Positions 19,607 through 30,083 are shown, counted from the first letter of the stretch. The stretch is 64,000 bases of DNA from Pseudomonadota bacterium (GCA_038531165.1 JBCBBZ010000011.1:1028-65027), one strand, 5' to 3'. The notes: generated from the sequence alone by a model not told the origin. Made by a program: numbers and translations.

Positions 19607-20800
19607 TTAGAGGCCGAGCACGGTTTTCGCTATGATATTTCTTTGCACTTCGCTGGTTCCGCCGGCGACAGTTGCTGCTCTTTGATCGAAGTAGCGCGGC
19701 GTCGCTAGCAGCCAATGCTCCGGACCAATCATCTCTTCATTATTCCCAGGCCGCAGAGCTTCACGCTGACGGACCAAAGCGTAGGGCCCTGCAGCTTCAA
19801 CAAAAAGCGCGTCTATTTCCTGCAACAGTTCGCGCGTCATCACCCGGGTGAAAGAAGACAAAACGCCTGGCGACTCGCCTTGCCCCAAAGCGTGGCTAAT
19901 GCGCTGCTCGGTGGCATCGGCAGCCATCATTGCGATTTCATTCGCGGCAAAGCGCTCGCGAAAACCGGGATCATCGAACTGATTGACGACGCCTTTCGAC
20001 GTGTCGTCATTTATCGCACCAGAAATAAGTCCAAGATTGCGGCGCAGCGTTGGCGTGATACTTGAGCCACCGCGTTCAAACTCGAGAAGATATTTCGCCA
20101 CGCGCCAACCGGCATTTTCGTCACCGACGCGATTGGATTGAGGGACGCGAACCTCGTCCAAGTAAACGTGATTTTGTTCGTGAACGCCATTCAGATTCAA
20201 AATTGGTTCGACACTGATTCCAGGACTGGTCATGTCGATCAGCAGGAACGTAATACCCTGTTGGGGCCGCCCCTCTGTGGACGTGCGCACCAAACAAAAC
20301 ATGTGAGTCGCATCCTGCGCATTCGACGTCCAAATCTTCGCGCCAGTGACGATATAGTCTTCGCCATCTTTGATCGCTACAGTTCTAAGAGACGCCAAAT
20401 CCGATCCAGACCCTGGCTCAGAAAAGCCCTGGCACCACACATGCTCTGCTGAGAGAATACGAGGAAGGTAGAAGTCTTTCTGTGCTTTTGATCCATATCC
20501 GATCAAGCACGGTCCGCACATGTTTAGGCTCTGCTGATGCTCACCGGGCGCGTTGGCCAGAAGCGATTCTTCGCGGAAGATCTCCTTCTGTTTAGGATCC
20601 CACCCCGTGCCTCCGTATTCTTCAGGCCAAGCCGGCGCGCCCCAACCATGGGCATGACGGACTCTTTGCCATTCCAGTGCTTGTTCCATATGAGGGAACG
20701 CATATGTCTGCAGCCGTCCTGCTGCACGCATGGCGTCGGTCAAATGCGCGTTCAGGAAAGCTTTAACCTCTGCCCGAAACTCACAATAATTTATTTCCAT
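19607..20800 (-). CDS. Acyl-CoA dehydrogenase
   Basis: ACAD pattern including the C-terminal GGTSEVQRNIIAKTVLGL. Start at MEINYCEF (ATG 20800), 25 bp after the ligase stop. Confidence 0.8.
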   Translation of the reverse strand: MEINYCEFRAEVKAFLNAHLTDAMRAAGRLQTYAFPHMEQALEWQRVRHAHGWGAPAWPEEYGGTGWDPKQKEIFREESLLANAPGEHQQSLNMCGPCLIGYGSKAQKDFYLPRILSAEHVWCQGFSEPGSGSDLASLRTVAIKDGEDYIVTGAKIWTSNAQDATHMFCLVRTSTEGRPQQGITFLLIDMTSPGISVEPILNLNGVHEQNHVYLDEVRVPQSNRVGDENAGWRVAKYLLEFERGGSSITPTLRRNLGLISGAINDDTSKGVVNQFDDPGFRERFAANEIAMMAADATEQRISHALGQGESPGVLSSFTRVMTRELLQEIDALFVEAAGPYALVRQREALRPGNNEEMIGPEHWLLATPRYFDQRAATVAGGTSEVQRNIIAKTVLGL

Positions 20801-20825
20801 CGTCAGCTTCCTTCGACATGGTCTT

Positions 20826-22394
20826 CTATGAGATGGACCGTTCCTGATCCTGCCAATACGGCGCTCTGAGGTCACGCTTCAACACTTTCATTGCCCCAGA
20901 AAGCGGAAGCGGCTCGTCTCGAAACGCGATCGACTTTGGCACTTTGTACCCCGCAACTGAGGCGCGCGCATGATCCATCAGGTCTTCATCCGAAACGCTC
21001 GCGCCATCAATGGGCACGACTATCGCGTGAACCGCTTCCCCCCAGACATCGTCCGGAATGCCGATGACCGCGACCTGGCGCACTGCGGGATGGCTCGCGA
21101 TCGCATTTTCGACTTCGGTGGAATATACATTCTCGCCGCCCGTCACGATCATATCTTTGACGCGGTCGACGAGGAACAAGTATCCGTTTTCGTCCAGATA
21201 TCCGGCGTCACCGGTATGGTACCAGCCGTCGCGGAAAACCGCTTCGGTGGCCTCTCGCTTGTTCCAATACTCGGTCATAAAATTCCCGCCCCGCGCGCAG
21301 ACCTCGCCGATATTACCGGTCGCAACTTCTTGCCCGTCTTTATCGCGAATGGAGAGCTCAACGCCGATGACGGGTCGCCCAACCGAGCGTAAATAGGCCC
21401 CGCCCTCACGATGGTCTTCGGGTGAAAGACTGGTAAGGCTCGCCGAGCTCTCGGTCATTCCGTACCCTTGAAACAGCTCAAGCTCTGGAGACGCTGCCAG
21501 CAGTTTGCTGAGCAAGGCTCCAGGCATCGGAGAGGCGCCATATGTCATTTGCTCGAGAGACTTCAATCGCTGGGGTGAGAAGTCAGGATGCGCCATCATC
21601 ATCCCGATCATCGTTGGAACCATTGTGGTCGATGTCACCTGATTGCGTTCAATTTCATTCATAACCAACTGAGGTTCGAAGCCAGGAATGATAACGGTTG
21701 TTCCGCCAACGGCATATGTCGAAAGCAGCCCCCCGGTTGAAGCAACGTGAAACATTGGCGTTTGGATGAGGCTCACAGTCGAGTCATTCATTTTTGGGCG
21801 CGCCAGACGTCCATGATATTGATTGAGCATTTTCGCGCGCTGATTGAGAACCACGCCTTTGGGAAGTCCGGTTGTGCCGCCCGTATACATCAAGACGACG
21901 GGGTCTTCTTCTTCAGGTTCGCGCGGCAGGACCGGAGAAGCCGCTTCAATCATGTCCTCATAATGAAAATCCGCGGGATCACCGCCTTCTCCAATTAAAA
22001 TAGATTTGCGAATGGGGAAGCTGTTACTCTCGCTTAGAGCCAAGGCCAAAAGTGGCGCGAAATGCTTGTCGACGAAAACAATTTCAGCGCCGGAATCCTG
22101 AATGATATAATTCAGTTCTTTCGGGCTCAGTCTCAAATTGAGGGGATTGATGATCCCACCGCCGAGAAATGCTGCATGAAAAAGCTCGAGGTATTCATGT
22201 GAGTTTCGCGCGAGGACTGCGAAACGATCGCCTTTGGACACCCCGCACTGATGCTCGAGCGCATGGATCAAGCGATAGACGCGATCCGCGTGTTGTTCGA
22301 ATGTTGCCTCATAAGCCCCATCAATGACGGCGCGTTTCGTTTTGTACCGCTGTAGTGCGGGAATAAAATGGCGGTGATAAATGAGCTCTTTCAT
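20826..22394 (-). CDS. Acyl-CoA synthetase / AMP-dependent ligase
   Basis: AMP-binding signature YTGGTTGLPKGV; GWYHTGDAGYLDENGYLFLVDRVKDMI. Confidence 0.85.
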   Translation of the reverse strand: MKELIYHRHFIPALQRYKTKRAVIDGAYEATFEQHADRVYRLIHALEHQCGVSKGDRFAVLARNSHEYLELFHAAFLGGGIINPLNLRLSPKELNYIIQDSGAEIVFVDKHFAPLLALALSESNSFPIRKSILIGEGGDPADFHYEDMIEAASPVLPREPEEEDPVVLMYTGGTTGLPKGVVLNQRAKMLNQYHGRLARPKMNDSTVSLIQTPMFHVASTGGLLSTYAVGGTTVIIPGFEPQLVMNEIERNQVTSTTMVPTMIGMMMAHPDFSPQRLKSLEQMTYGASPMPGALLSKLLAASPELELFQGYGMTESSASLTSLSPEDHREGGAYLRSVGRPVIGVELSIRDKDGQEVATGNIGEVCARGGNFMTEYWNKREATEAVFRDGWYHTGDAGYLDENGYLFLVDRVKDMIVTGGENVYSTEVENAIASHPAVRQVAVIGIPDDVWGEAVHAIVVPIDGASVSDEDLMDHARASVAGYKVPKSIAFRDEPLPLSGAMKVLKRDLRAPYWQDQERSIS

Positions 22395-22494
22395 TCTGTG
22401 AACTCCATCAAAAAGCGATCAAAACAAAGGGCTTGAGGGTTCAGGCGGCTATTGCTCTTCCCTCGCTTGAAATATTTCGCCCTTGCGACTCATC

Positions 22495-22511
22495 TTAATG
22501 TATTACATTAA
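22495..22511. promoter_or_regulatory. Motif-A palindrome TTAATGTATTACATTAA
   Basis: Perfect 8-1-8 palindrome in the divergent ligase/SDR gap. Confidence 0.6.
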
Positions 22512-22665
22512 TACGTGTAACGAAGTCAATTTGAAAGCGTGTGACGTTCTAACAAAACTAAGCTCAAACTTGGCGGCACTGTTCAATCAAGCCTAACCTT
22601 CTGGCGACTGGATAAATGCCTGAATTTATACCCGTTCCGAAGAAACTGAATAAGGAAATATATCA

Positions 22666-23391
22666 ATGTCTGGATGCACAATTGTACTTGGAGCAGGCGC
22701 CTCTCAGGGGGTCGGCGGAGCGCTATCACGGCGGTTTGCCCGCGAAGGGCAGCACGTGATAATTGGCGGCCGCACGACCGAGCGCATTGAGGCGCTCGCG
22801 CAAGAGGTGAGCGATGCGGGCGGGTCAGCCGAGGGCATTTCCGTAGACGTCACAGCCGAAGCCGACCTTGATGCCTTATTTGAACATGCTGCGCAGAAAG
22901 GCCCTATCAACGCGGTCTTATACAATGTCGGAAATAATGCGATTATTCCATTTGAAAAACTGGAACCGAAAACCGTCGAGAGGTTTTGGCGGGTCGGCTG
23001 TTTCGGTGCCTTTCTTACCTCGAAGCTCGCCGTGCCGATTATGAAGGCGCAAGGCCATGGAAGCCTGTTTTTCACGGGGGCTTCTGGATCGATGCGCGGC
23101 AAGCCAAACTTCGCCCATTTTGCATCCATGAAAGCAGGACTTCGCATGCTCGCTCAGTCACTCGCTCGAGAATTTGGACCCGATGGCATTCATGTCGCCC
23201 ATTTTGTCATTGATGGCGTAATCGATGGTGAAATGGTTCGCAGCCGTTTCGGCGAATATGTCGAAAAGCTTGGCGAAGATGGCTGCCTGTCACCCGATGC
23301 CATAGCGGAGGCTTATTGGCACGTGCATTCGCAGCCAAAATCAGCCTGGACTCATGAAATGGATCTTCGCCCATTCAAGGAGCGCTGGTAG
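22666..23391 (+). CDS. SDR-family oxidoreductase
   Basis: Rossmann motif LGAGASQGVGGAL. GASGSMRG...FASMKAGLRMLAQSLAREFGPDGIHVAHFVIDG. The usual catalytic Tyr position reads Phe/His (HFASMK). Confidence 0.75.
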   Translation: MSGCTIVLGAGASQGVGGALSRRFAREGQHVIIGGRTTERIEALAQEVSDAGGSAEGISVDVTAEADLDALFEHAAQKGPINAVLYNVGNNAIIPFEKLEPKTVERFWRVGCFGAFLTSKLAVPIMKAQGHGSLFFTGASGSMRGKPNFAHFASMKAGLRMLAQSLAREFGPDGIHVAHFVIDGVIDGEMVRSRFGEYVEKLGEDGCLSPDAIAEAYWHVHSQPKSAWTHEMDLRPFKERW

Positions 23392-23441
23392 CAAAGCAGA
23401 GTCCGGTCGGCTTGGCCGAAAAAGTGATCATTCGATAACTT

Positions 23442-24554
23442 TTAGTTTTCTACATTCGGAGCTGCACCTTCCGGCGCATCCATCAGCGAACCCTCAACGC
23501 GCTCCGAGACCGCCGCCGTAGGTTCAGCCTCAAGCTCTTCGACCACACGCATGATTGCAGCTGCAATCTCGACGGGCACTTCTTCCTGCAAGAAATGCCC
23601 GGCCTGCGTTTCTGTAACGCGCGCATTTGGGAAGAAGTTCTTCATTGCAGGCAATGCTCTGGCGAAGATCGGATCGCTCATGCCCCAAACGATCTCGGCA
23701 GGCACATCAAGCGACGTGACATATGCCTGAATATTGCGAAGCTCTGCCGAACTTGGATGATCGGGACCGTCCGGCACCATTCGCATCAGCGCCAGTGGGG
23801 CCTTCTTGTTTCCGCTTTCGATGACGGGGCGACCGTAAAGGTCAGCGACCTCTTTTGGAAAAGAGGCTGGATCACCCTGGGTCTCATGTAGACGATCAAA
23901 AATGGAGACGAGGTTCTCCATCAATAATTCGCCGACGACCGGAGTTTTGGCGAGATCATGCGCCCGCGACAGGCTCATTTTTTCGGTAGGTGCATTGAAA
24001 CCCGTGTTCAGCACAACTGCGCCGCTTAGAAGCTCGGGCGATTGCATAAGAGCCCCTACACCAACTGCGCCGCCCCAATCCTGCCCGACATATACGAGGT
24101 CCTCAAGCTGCAACTGCCGCAAGGCTGAATTCATCCAACGCATATGATTTTCGAGCGTGTGCTCGCTCGCAGAAATTTTGGTCGAAAAGCCGAGCCCAAC
24201 CATTGTCGGCATGATCACCCGCACTCGATCTATCGGCAGTTCAGCAACCACTTTGCGATACAGAAGCCCAGAGGTCGGATTTCCGTGCTGCGCATAAACT
24301 GGATACCCCTCACCGACTTCGAGAACATGAATTTTGATCCCTGGTTCAACCTCAACGAAGTAGCTTTTATAATCCTCTGAGAGGACCTCAGCCGCGTAGT
24401 CCGGCAATGCAAAGGCCTCAAACGTCCCGGCATCCAGGGTGACCGTGCCCTCGCCTTTCGGGACGATCTGCTTGCCATCGCGCGTTATAGTGAAAACCAG
24501 GATCACACCCGCGAGGATGATAACGCCCAAAACAATCAGTGACATTTTCAACAT
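23442..24554 (-). CDS. Alpha/beta hydrolase, haloalkane-dehalogenase (HLD-I)-like, N-terminally membrane anchored
   Basis: N-terminal TM MLKMSLIVLGVIILAGVILVF. HGNPTSGLLYRK; GQDWGG (Asp nucleophile + Trp, not GxSxG); C-terminal AGHFLQEEVP. Confidence 0.65.
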   Translation of the reverse strand: MLKMSLIVLGVIILAGVILVFTITRDGKQIVPKGEGTVTLDAGTFEAFALPDYAAEVLSEDYKSYFVEVEPGIKIHVLEVGEGYPVYAQHGNPTSGLLYRKVVAELPIDRVRVIMPTMVGLGFSTKISASEHTLENHMRWMNSALRQLQLEDLVYVGQDWGGAVGVGALMQSPELLSGAVVLNTGFNAPTEKMSLSRAHDLAKTPVVGELLMENLVSIFDRLHETQGDPASFPKEVADLYGRPVIESGNKKAPLALMRMVPDGPDHPSSAELRNIQAYVTSLDVPAEIVWGMSDPIFARALPAMKNFFPNARVTETQAGHFLQEEVPVEIAAAIMRVVEELEAEPTAAVSERVEGSLMDAPEGAAPNVEN

Positions 24555-24569
24555 GGTCTCTTCGCCTAC

Positions 24570-25670
24570 CTAATCGACGCTTGTCTCAGGCCCAATCGGT
24601 GCCGCAAGGTCGCTTTGCGGCGCTGCCACCTCGTTATTGGGTTGCACCTGATCGAGGACGCGAAGAACCGCTGCAGCGATCACATCCGGTACTTCCTCTT
24701 GTAGGAAGTGACCCGCATCGGTCTCGGTCGTGGGCGCGTTTGGAAAATGCGCCTGCATGGCAGGCAACGCCTTTGCTGCAATTGGGTCATTCATACCCCA
24801 AACAATCTCCGTTGGCACATCCAGACTTCGAACAAATGTAATAAGCTCCGCCATAGGCGCTGTACTCGGGTGGTCGGGGGCATGCGGCACCATGCGCATC
24901 AGGGCCAAACCGCCTTTGATATTGCCGCTGTCTTGGACCGGCCGGCCGTAAAGGTCTCTGACCTCTGGTGACATCGAATTTGGGTCACCTTGAACGCGCT
25001 CCATGCCCCTAAAGCCGCCACGCGATACCACTTCGATTAGGAATTCGCCGACAATCGGCGTCCTGACGAGATCGTGCAGACGTGTCAGGTTCATTTTTTC
25101 TGTCGGCGCGAAAATCGCGGTGTTCATTATTACTATGCCATCAATGAGTTCAGGCGATAAGGACAGGGCACCAAAGCCAACAATCCCGCCCCAATCCTGA
25201 CCCACATAGATCAAACCGTCCAGGTCGAGTTCCTTTAGCGCCGCGTTTAGCCAGCGATTGTGATTAACCACCGTGTGATCTTTCACCGGCACTTTGGAAG
25301 AAAAGCCGAGCCCGACCATTGTCGGCATGATGACGCGCACACGATCGAGCGGAAGCTCTTCAACGACTTTGCGATACAGGAAGCCAGAACTTGGGTTGCC
25401 ATGCTGCATGTAAATTGGATAGCCCGTGCCCACTTCCAGCATGTGAACTTTAATGCCAGGTTCAACTTCAATGAAGTAGCTTTTATAGTCTTCGGTGACG
25501 AAACTCGCAGCATAGTCAGGCAGCGGCATTCTTTCGAAGACTTTGTCGCCAATTCGGACCTCGCCCTCGCCTGTCGGCGTTACCAGCTTTCCGCCTCTGG
25601 TGATCCAGAACGCGCCAATCAGGCCCAAGGCAATTAGGCCTAGAAGAATGTATCCCAGAATCCGCCACAT
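24570..25670 (-). CDS. Alpha/beta hydrolase, haloalkane-dehalogenase (HLD-I)-like, N-terminally membrane anchored (tandem paralogue)
   Basis: N-terminal TM MWRILGYILLGLIALGLIGAF. HGNPSSGFLYRK; GQDWGG; AGHFLQEEVP. Collinear with the neighbouring paralogue. Confidence 0.65.
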   Translation of the reverse strand: MWRILGYILLGLIALGLIGAFWITRGGKLVTPTGEGEVRIGDKVFERMPLPDYAASFVTEDYKSYFIEVEPGIKVHMLEVGTGYPIYMQHGNPSSGFLYRKVVEELPLDRVRVIMPTMVGLGFSSKVPVKDHTVVNHNRWLNAALKELDLDGLIYVGQDWGGIVGFGALSLSPELIDGIVIMNTAIFAPTEKMNLTRLHDLVRTPIVGEFLIEVVSRGGFRGMERVQGDPNSMSPEVRDLYGRPVQDSGNIKGGLALMRMVPHAPDHPSTAPMAELITFVRSLDVPTEIVWGMNDPIAAKALPAMQAHFPNAPTTETDAGHFLQEEVPDVIAAAVLRVLDQVQPNNEVAAPQSDLAAPIGPETSVD

Positions 25671-25714
25671 GGTTTTTATTCCTTCCTGCGAGAAAACCGC
25701 TAACCCAATTTCAC

Positions 25715-25731
25715 TTAATGTAATGCATTAC
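25715..25731. promoter_or_regulatory. Motif-A palindrome TTAATGTAATGCATTAC
   Basis: 45 bp upstream of the HLD-like gene start at 25670. Confidence 0.55.
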
Positions 25732-25800
25732 TTCTGGCAAGAAAAGCCTTGTAGATTCGAAAGAGGACTCAATGGAAGATTTAGCGACCGCATCGCCATT

Positions 25801-26412
25801 TTATTTCATGGTAATGGCGGTCTGAAAATGCGGGCGGTCTGTAATCCGTTGAACATAAGCTTTCAAATCAGCCATTTCGTCGCTCACGCACCCCATCCGG
25901 TTGGCCATAAAACACGCATGTCCAAGCATGATATCTGCACCAGAAAAATCGCCAATTAGATAGTCTTTGCCCGCCAAGGTTTGATTAACCGGTGCCAATG
26001 ATTTCGTCAGCAGGCGCTGAGCCTGGCCCAAGACGGATTCATCTCGCCGTTCCTTAGGCAGCAACACAGTTTGCACGACAATTGTATTAATCGGCGGCAT
26101 CACCATGCCTTCGCAATAATGGAACCATTGCTGGTATTTTGGCCAAGTGGGGTCATCAACCGCTGGCTTGAGCCCGCCATTCTTATGACGCTCGAGAATG
26201 TATTCGACGATTGCACCCGACTCCCATAACAGCACGTCGCCGTCTTCGAGCACTGGAATTCTTCCAAGCGGATGCCGCGCTCTGTGCTCGTCGGACTTTA
26301 GGTCCTTAGGGTGGAAGCTCATCTTGTTGTGTTCATATGCAAGTCCAAGTTCTTCCAAAAGCCAGACGATGCGCCCGGCGCGGGAGTTTGGAGCGAAGTG
26401 AAGTTTCAGCAT
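25801..26412 (-). CDS. Glutathione S-transferase
   Basis: MLKLHFAPNSRAGRIVWLLEELGL thioredoxin-like N-domain (IPVLEDGDVLLWESGAIVEY) plus a helical C-domain. Confidence 0.8.
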   Translation of the reverse strand: MLKLHFAPNSRAGRIVWLLEELGLAYEHNKMSFHPKDLKSDEHRARHPLGRIPVLEDGDVLLWESGAIVEYILERHKNGGLKPAVDDPTWPKYQQWFHYCEGMVMPPINTIVVQTVLLPKERRDESVLGQAQRLLTKSLAPVNQTLAGKDYLIGDFSGADIMLGHACFMANRMGCVSDEMADLKAYVQRITDRPHFQTAITMK

Positions 26413-26479
26413 GATGTTCGAGAATCCTTTTCAGCAAATCCGATGTTGAAATTTTGCGAAGTTGCGTTGCCACCTGTGT

Positions 26480-27172
26480 TCAGCTCAGGTCGACCTTGTT
26501 TGGCAAGAAATTGCTGAACATGGCGGTGCAGTTTTGAAGATTTTCAGCAAAGCCTGGGCTCGCCTTCATTATCTCGGTATGTTTGACCAAGCCGGGCCAT
26601 TTGCCAGCGTCGGGCAGGCCCGCCACTAAATCAAGCTGAGTCATTTGAGCGGCAACGGCGATATCGGCAACGGTTGCGCTGTCGCCGACAAAATAGTCAT
26701 TCCCGTCCAGAGACGCTTCGAGATAGTCAAAGTATTTCGGAAGCTTTTCGTTCCAGGTTTTCTTTGCGGTGTCGACATCGGAGGCCTCGCCTTTAAAAAT
26801 CGGGAAGACAATCGGCCGGAAAAGTTCCAGGCCGAGCGTCATTGCGAACCCGGTATCCATGTATTCTTCATACCAAGCGGCGCGGCCCGCATCAAAAGGA
26901 TTTGATCCATACAGGCCGACATCGAAGCGGCGTTCCAGATACATGCAAATGGCGGACGAATCTGGGATTGTGCCAGGAATGCCTTCTGTTGCTATGGATT
27001 TATCGCGGAGAACAGGAATACGCCGCGATGGGCTGATCTCAACAAACCAGTCGGGCATGTCCATTATGTTGATATTCACCAATTCGTATTCCGCGCCGGC
27101 CTGGTGAAGGGCCGCTTCGGCCTTGCGCACGAAGGGGGACATGGGTGTTCCGTAAAGGACGAAGTCAGTCAT
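26480..27172 (-). CDS. Glutathione S-transferase
   Basis: Start taken at MTDFVLYGTPMSPFVRK (ATG 27172, RBS AGGAAAG). RIPVLRD...SSAICMYLE GST N-domain pattern. Confidence 0.7.
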   Translation of the reverse strand: MTDFVLYGTPMSPFVRKAEAALHQAGAEYELVNINIMDMPDWFVEISPSRRIPVLRDKSIATEGIPGTIPDSSAICMYLERRFDVGLYGSNPFDAGRAAWYEEYMDTGFAMTLGLELFRPIVFPIFKGEASDVDTAKKTWNEKLPKYFDYLEASLDGNDYFVGDSATVADIAVAAQMTQLDLVAGLPDAGKWPGLVKHTEIMKASPGFAENLQNCTAMFSNFLPNKVDLS

Positions 27173-27330
27173 GAGAGAACGCTTTCCTGGTTGATCTCTT
27201 CGTTCATATGTTGCGCACCTGAACGATGTCGGAGCGTCATTATCAGCATCTGGCGCGGAGACATGCAAACGGGCAGACACCGATGAGCGGCCGAACTCGG
27301 AGGCCTCTTATCGGTCAATACTCCAAGGTT

Positions 27331-30018
27331 TTAGAACGCCTTACGGATGGTCACGCCAAATGTGCGAGGCTGGTTCGGAAAGCCATTATAGTTTCCATCG
27401 AGCGGTGCCGGCGACGTGGCGATAAGATACTCGTCTTCGAATAGATTGCGCGCCCAAACGGATACGCCAATACCATTCTCTGTCATAAGACCGGCGGACG
27501 CATTGAGGATATTTTGTTCTCGAGAATAGCCAGCTGCTTCAATGAGCGCCTGGTCGGCCGGGTTATCACTGAACGCCGAGTCGCCGACATATTGCCAGTC
27601 ACTGCGAACAAAACCACCCATGTTTCGAACTCGGAAGTTGAAGTTCGCTCCGACCGTGAATTGGGTGTCGGCAATGCCTTGCGGGGTTTGGCCAGACAGA
27701 TCGATGGGATTGCCATTTTCATCAACCGCTCCGCCGGCGAAGCTGTCATATTCCGCGTCTAGGAACGTTCCGGCGAATGTCAGGGTGAGCGGCGGGATCG
27801 GCCGCCAAGTGGCGTCCAATTCGAGCCCCAAAGTCGACTGCTCCTCAGCATTCCTTAGCGCAAAACCGCCAGTGCCACTAAAGACGCTTGATTGGAACCC
27901 TTCGATGGATTGATCAAAAACGGCCACGTTAAACGCGACCGTGTCGAATTGAGCTTTTAGACCTAGCTCAAACACGGTCGCCATTTCAGGACCAGCCAGC
28001 CGCGTTCCAACAGGCAGATTGGTCGTGTATAGCCCTGCATCTGTGACCGGAGATGATGGTGTCACGAACAGGGCTTGGCCCGTAATCGGATCGACAATCG
28101 GGTTCCCTTGAATGAGGTCTGCCGAGGACGGTGCGCTTTGACGCTGTAGATTCCATGACGAGGCCTTAAAGCCGGTCGCATAAGTGCCGTAGACGTTGAT
28201 ATTATCGTTCACATCATAAGCCAGCCTCAGCGTGTAGGTCGTATCGCTATCGCTTGACTGTCCATCTTCGACTGCGTTCGGGAAGCTGAGGAATGGCGGG
28301 AAGATCTGTATTCCACGCAGAACGTCGAAAGGGTTGTTTGGACTTTGGGCAACTGCCAAAGCTTGCTGCTGGAACTGCGCATAAGCTTGAGGATTGCCTT
28401 GCACGAACGGCCCAATTGAGGCTGGGTTTTGAACATCTATCCCCTGCATGGCCAATAAGTTTGCGAGCGTAGCTGCATACCCGATTTGCTCTAGATTGAC
28501 GGTCGCGAGGGCATCTGTCGTGAGGACATTCATGCTCACGTCTTTTTCATCTTCGGTATAGTTTAGACCGACAGTCGCCGTCAGGCGGTCTGTCAGGTGG
28601 AAATCGACCTTCCCGAAAACCGAAAAGGCCTCGTTTTCCTGAGAAATCTCTTCAAAGCTTCCCTGCCCGGCGCCGAGGAACGCGCCGGGAGGGACGCCAA
28701 CAAAACTCTCAAGACCAGGAATGAGCGCTGGATTTCCAACCAGCCCATTCACGTAGGCTCGAAAGTCTTGCCCAAAGGCAACCGATGAGTCGACATCGAT
28801 CGACTCGTCAAAATAGAACGCGCCGATCATCCAGTCGAAACGATTGTCCGATGGATTGGAGGTCACCCTGAATTCCTGGGTGAAAGTGTCAATTTCCGTG
28901 TCTGAGCCAAAGAAACCGAACAGATCGAGATCTGTGGTGTCCGGATCGCTATTCTCGACGGCATTCGAATTTCGAAACGCTACAATATTGGTAATGGTTG
29001 CAAATCCGAGGTCATAATTGCTGTTAAGCGAGAGGCCCGAATTTTCGATTTCATTGGTCGGCGGGAAAGTGACAAACGCGTTATAGGAATACGGATCTTC
29101 AGCAACGATCGAGCCACCCAGAGCCTGGATGCTGGTATTCGGCACAATTGGCTCAGCCGCGGTTGGATCAGCACTCACAACGTTTGACAAAAGGCAGCAA
29201 TCTTCGTCGATCTCCTCATAATCGGCTATAAGACGGACATTGAGCCTCTCATTTGGGGCGAATAAAAGCTCGCCGCGAACGCCCCAGCGATCCCGCTCAT
29301 TATAGAGATCACCGGTCCCAAGGTCTTCGGCATAACCATCGCGTTGGTTCACACTGCCTGACAAGCTGTAAGCCAGCGTATCTGTAATCGGGCCAGTAAT
29401 GTCGCCCTTGGCGCGGAACGCATTGAAGTTGCCAAGACTGGCTTCAAAGCTCCCTGATCTTTCGAACTCTGGGCCTCGGGTGACAACCGAAACGACGCCG
29501 GCTGATGCATTCTTGCCGAACAGCGTGGATTGCGGCCCTCGAAGGACCTCCACACGCTCAAGGTTTGGCAAGTCCGGGATGTAGGCGGCGGCGCGAGAGC
29601 GATATACGCCGTCAATGAAAATGCCGACCGATGGCTCAATGCCAATTGCGTTAGAACCGTTCCCGAACCCGCGAATGAAGAAGCTTGTATTCGCCGAGGT
29701 CTGCCCCTGGCGAACCGTCAAGGATGGAACGAGGCTTTGTAAGTCATTGAGGTCTTGGATTTCCGCTCGCTCAATGTCTTCGGCCTGAACGACGGATATC
29801 GCCACCGGAGTGTCCTGCAGCGTGCCCTCTCGCTTTGTCCCGGTTACCGTTATGGTCCCGAGCCTCGCAGTCTCATCGGCCCCTTCTTGTTGCGCCGTAT
29901 CCGGCTCTTGACTGGCCGCGGTCGGTACGACCCCAGCCATCAAAGCCGCCAGCGCAACGCTTACGGAAAGGATCGCTTTTGGTTGGCGGAAATAGGGCGC
30001 AGTTTGGCAATGTCTCAT
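27331..30018 (-). CDS. TonB-dependent outer-membrane receptor
   Basis: Signal peptide, plug region (TVTGTKREGTLQDTPVAISVV...VEVLRGPQSTLFGKNASAGVV), 895 aa, C-terminal ...TFGVTIRKAF. Confidence 0.9.
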   Translation of the reverse strand: MRHCQTAPYFRQPKAILSVSVALAALMAGVVPTAASQEPDTAQQEGADETARLGTITVTGTKREGTLQDTPVAISVVQAEDIERAEIQDLNDLQSLVPSLTVRQGQTSANTSFFIRGFGNGSNAIGIEPSVGIFIDGVYRSRAAAYIPDLPNLERVEVLRGPQSTLFGKNASAGVVSVVTRGPEFERSGSFEASLGNFNAFRAKGDITGPITDTLAYSLSGSVNQRDGYAEDLGTGDLYNERDRWGVRGELLFAPNERLNVRLIADYEEIDEDCCLLSNVVSADPTAAEPIVPNTSIQALGGSIVAEDPYSYNAFVTFPPTNEIENSGLSLNSNYDLGFATITNIVAFRNSNAVENSDPDTTDLDLFGFFGSDTEIDTFTQEFRVTSNPSDNRFDWMIGAFYFDESIDVDSSVAFGQDFRAYVNGLVGNPALIPGLESFVGVPPGAFLGAGQGSFEEISQENEAFSVFGKVDFHLTDRLTATVGLNYTEDEKDVSMNVLTTDALATVNLEQIGYAATLANLLAMQGIDVQNPASIGPFVQGNPQAYAQFQQQALAVAQSPNNPFDVLRGIQIFPPFLSFPNAVEDGQSSDSDTTYTLRLAYDVNDNINVYGTYATGFKASSWNLQRQSAPSSADLIQGNPIVDPITGQALFVTPSSPVTDAGLYTTNLPVGTRLAGPEMATVFELGLKAQFDTVAFNVAVFDQSIEGFQSSVFSGTGGFALRNAEEQSTLGLELDATWRPIPPLTLTFAGTFLDAEYDSFAGGAVDENGNPIDLSGQTPQGIADTQFTVGANFNFRVRNMGGFVRSDWQYVGDSAFSDNPADQALIEAAGYSREQNILNASAGLMTENGIGVSVWARNLFEDEYLIATSPAPLDGNYNGFPNQPRTFGVTIRKAF

Positions 30019-30066
30019 AAGATCCTCCCATATGCCATTCGCATTTATGATGCTTATAATTAATTT

Positions 30067-30083
30067 TTAATGCTATGCATTAT
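30067..30083. promoter_or_regulatory. Motif-A palindrome TTAATGCTATGCATTAT
   Basis: About 50 bp upstream of the TonB receptor start at 30018. Confidence 0.55.

Noticed and set aside
23406-23425. Small hairpin TCGGC-TTG-GCCGA between the convergent SDR and hydrolase genes as a bidirectional terminator
   Set aside because: It has only a 5-bp stem with a 3-nt loop, and the A/T run is placed wrongly for either strand. That is insufficient for a rho-independent terminator call.
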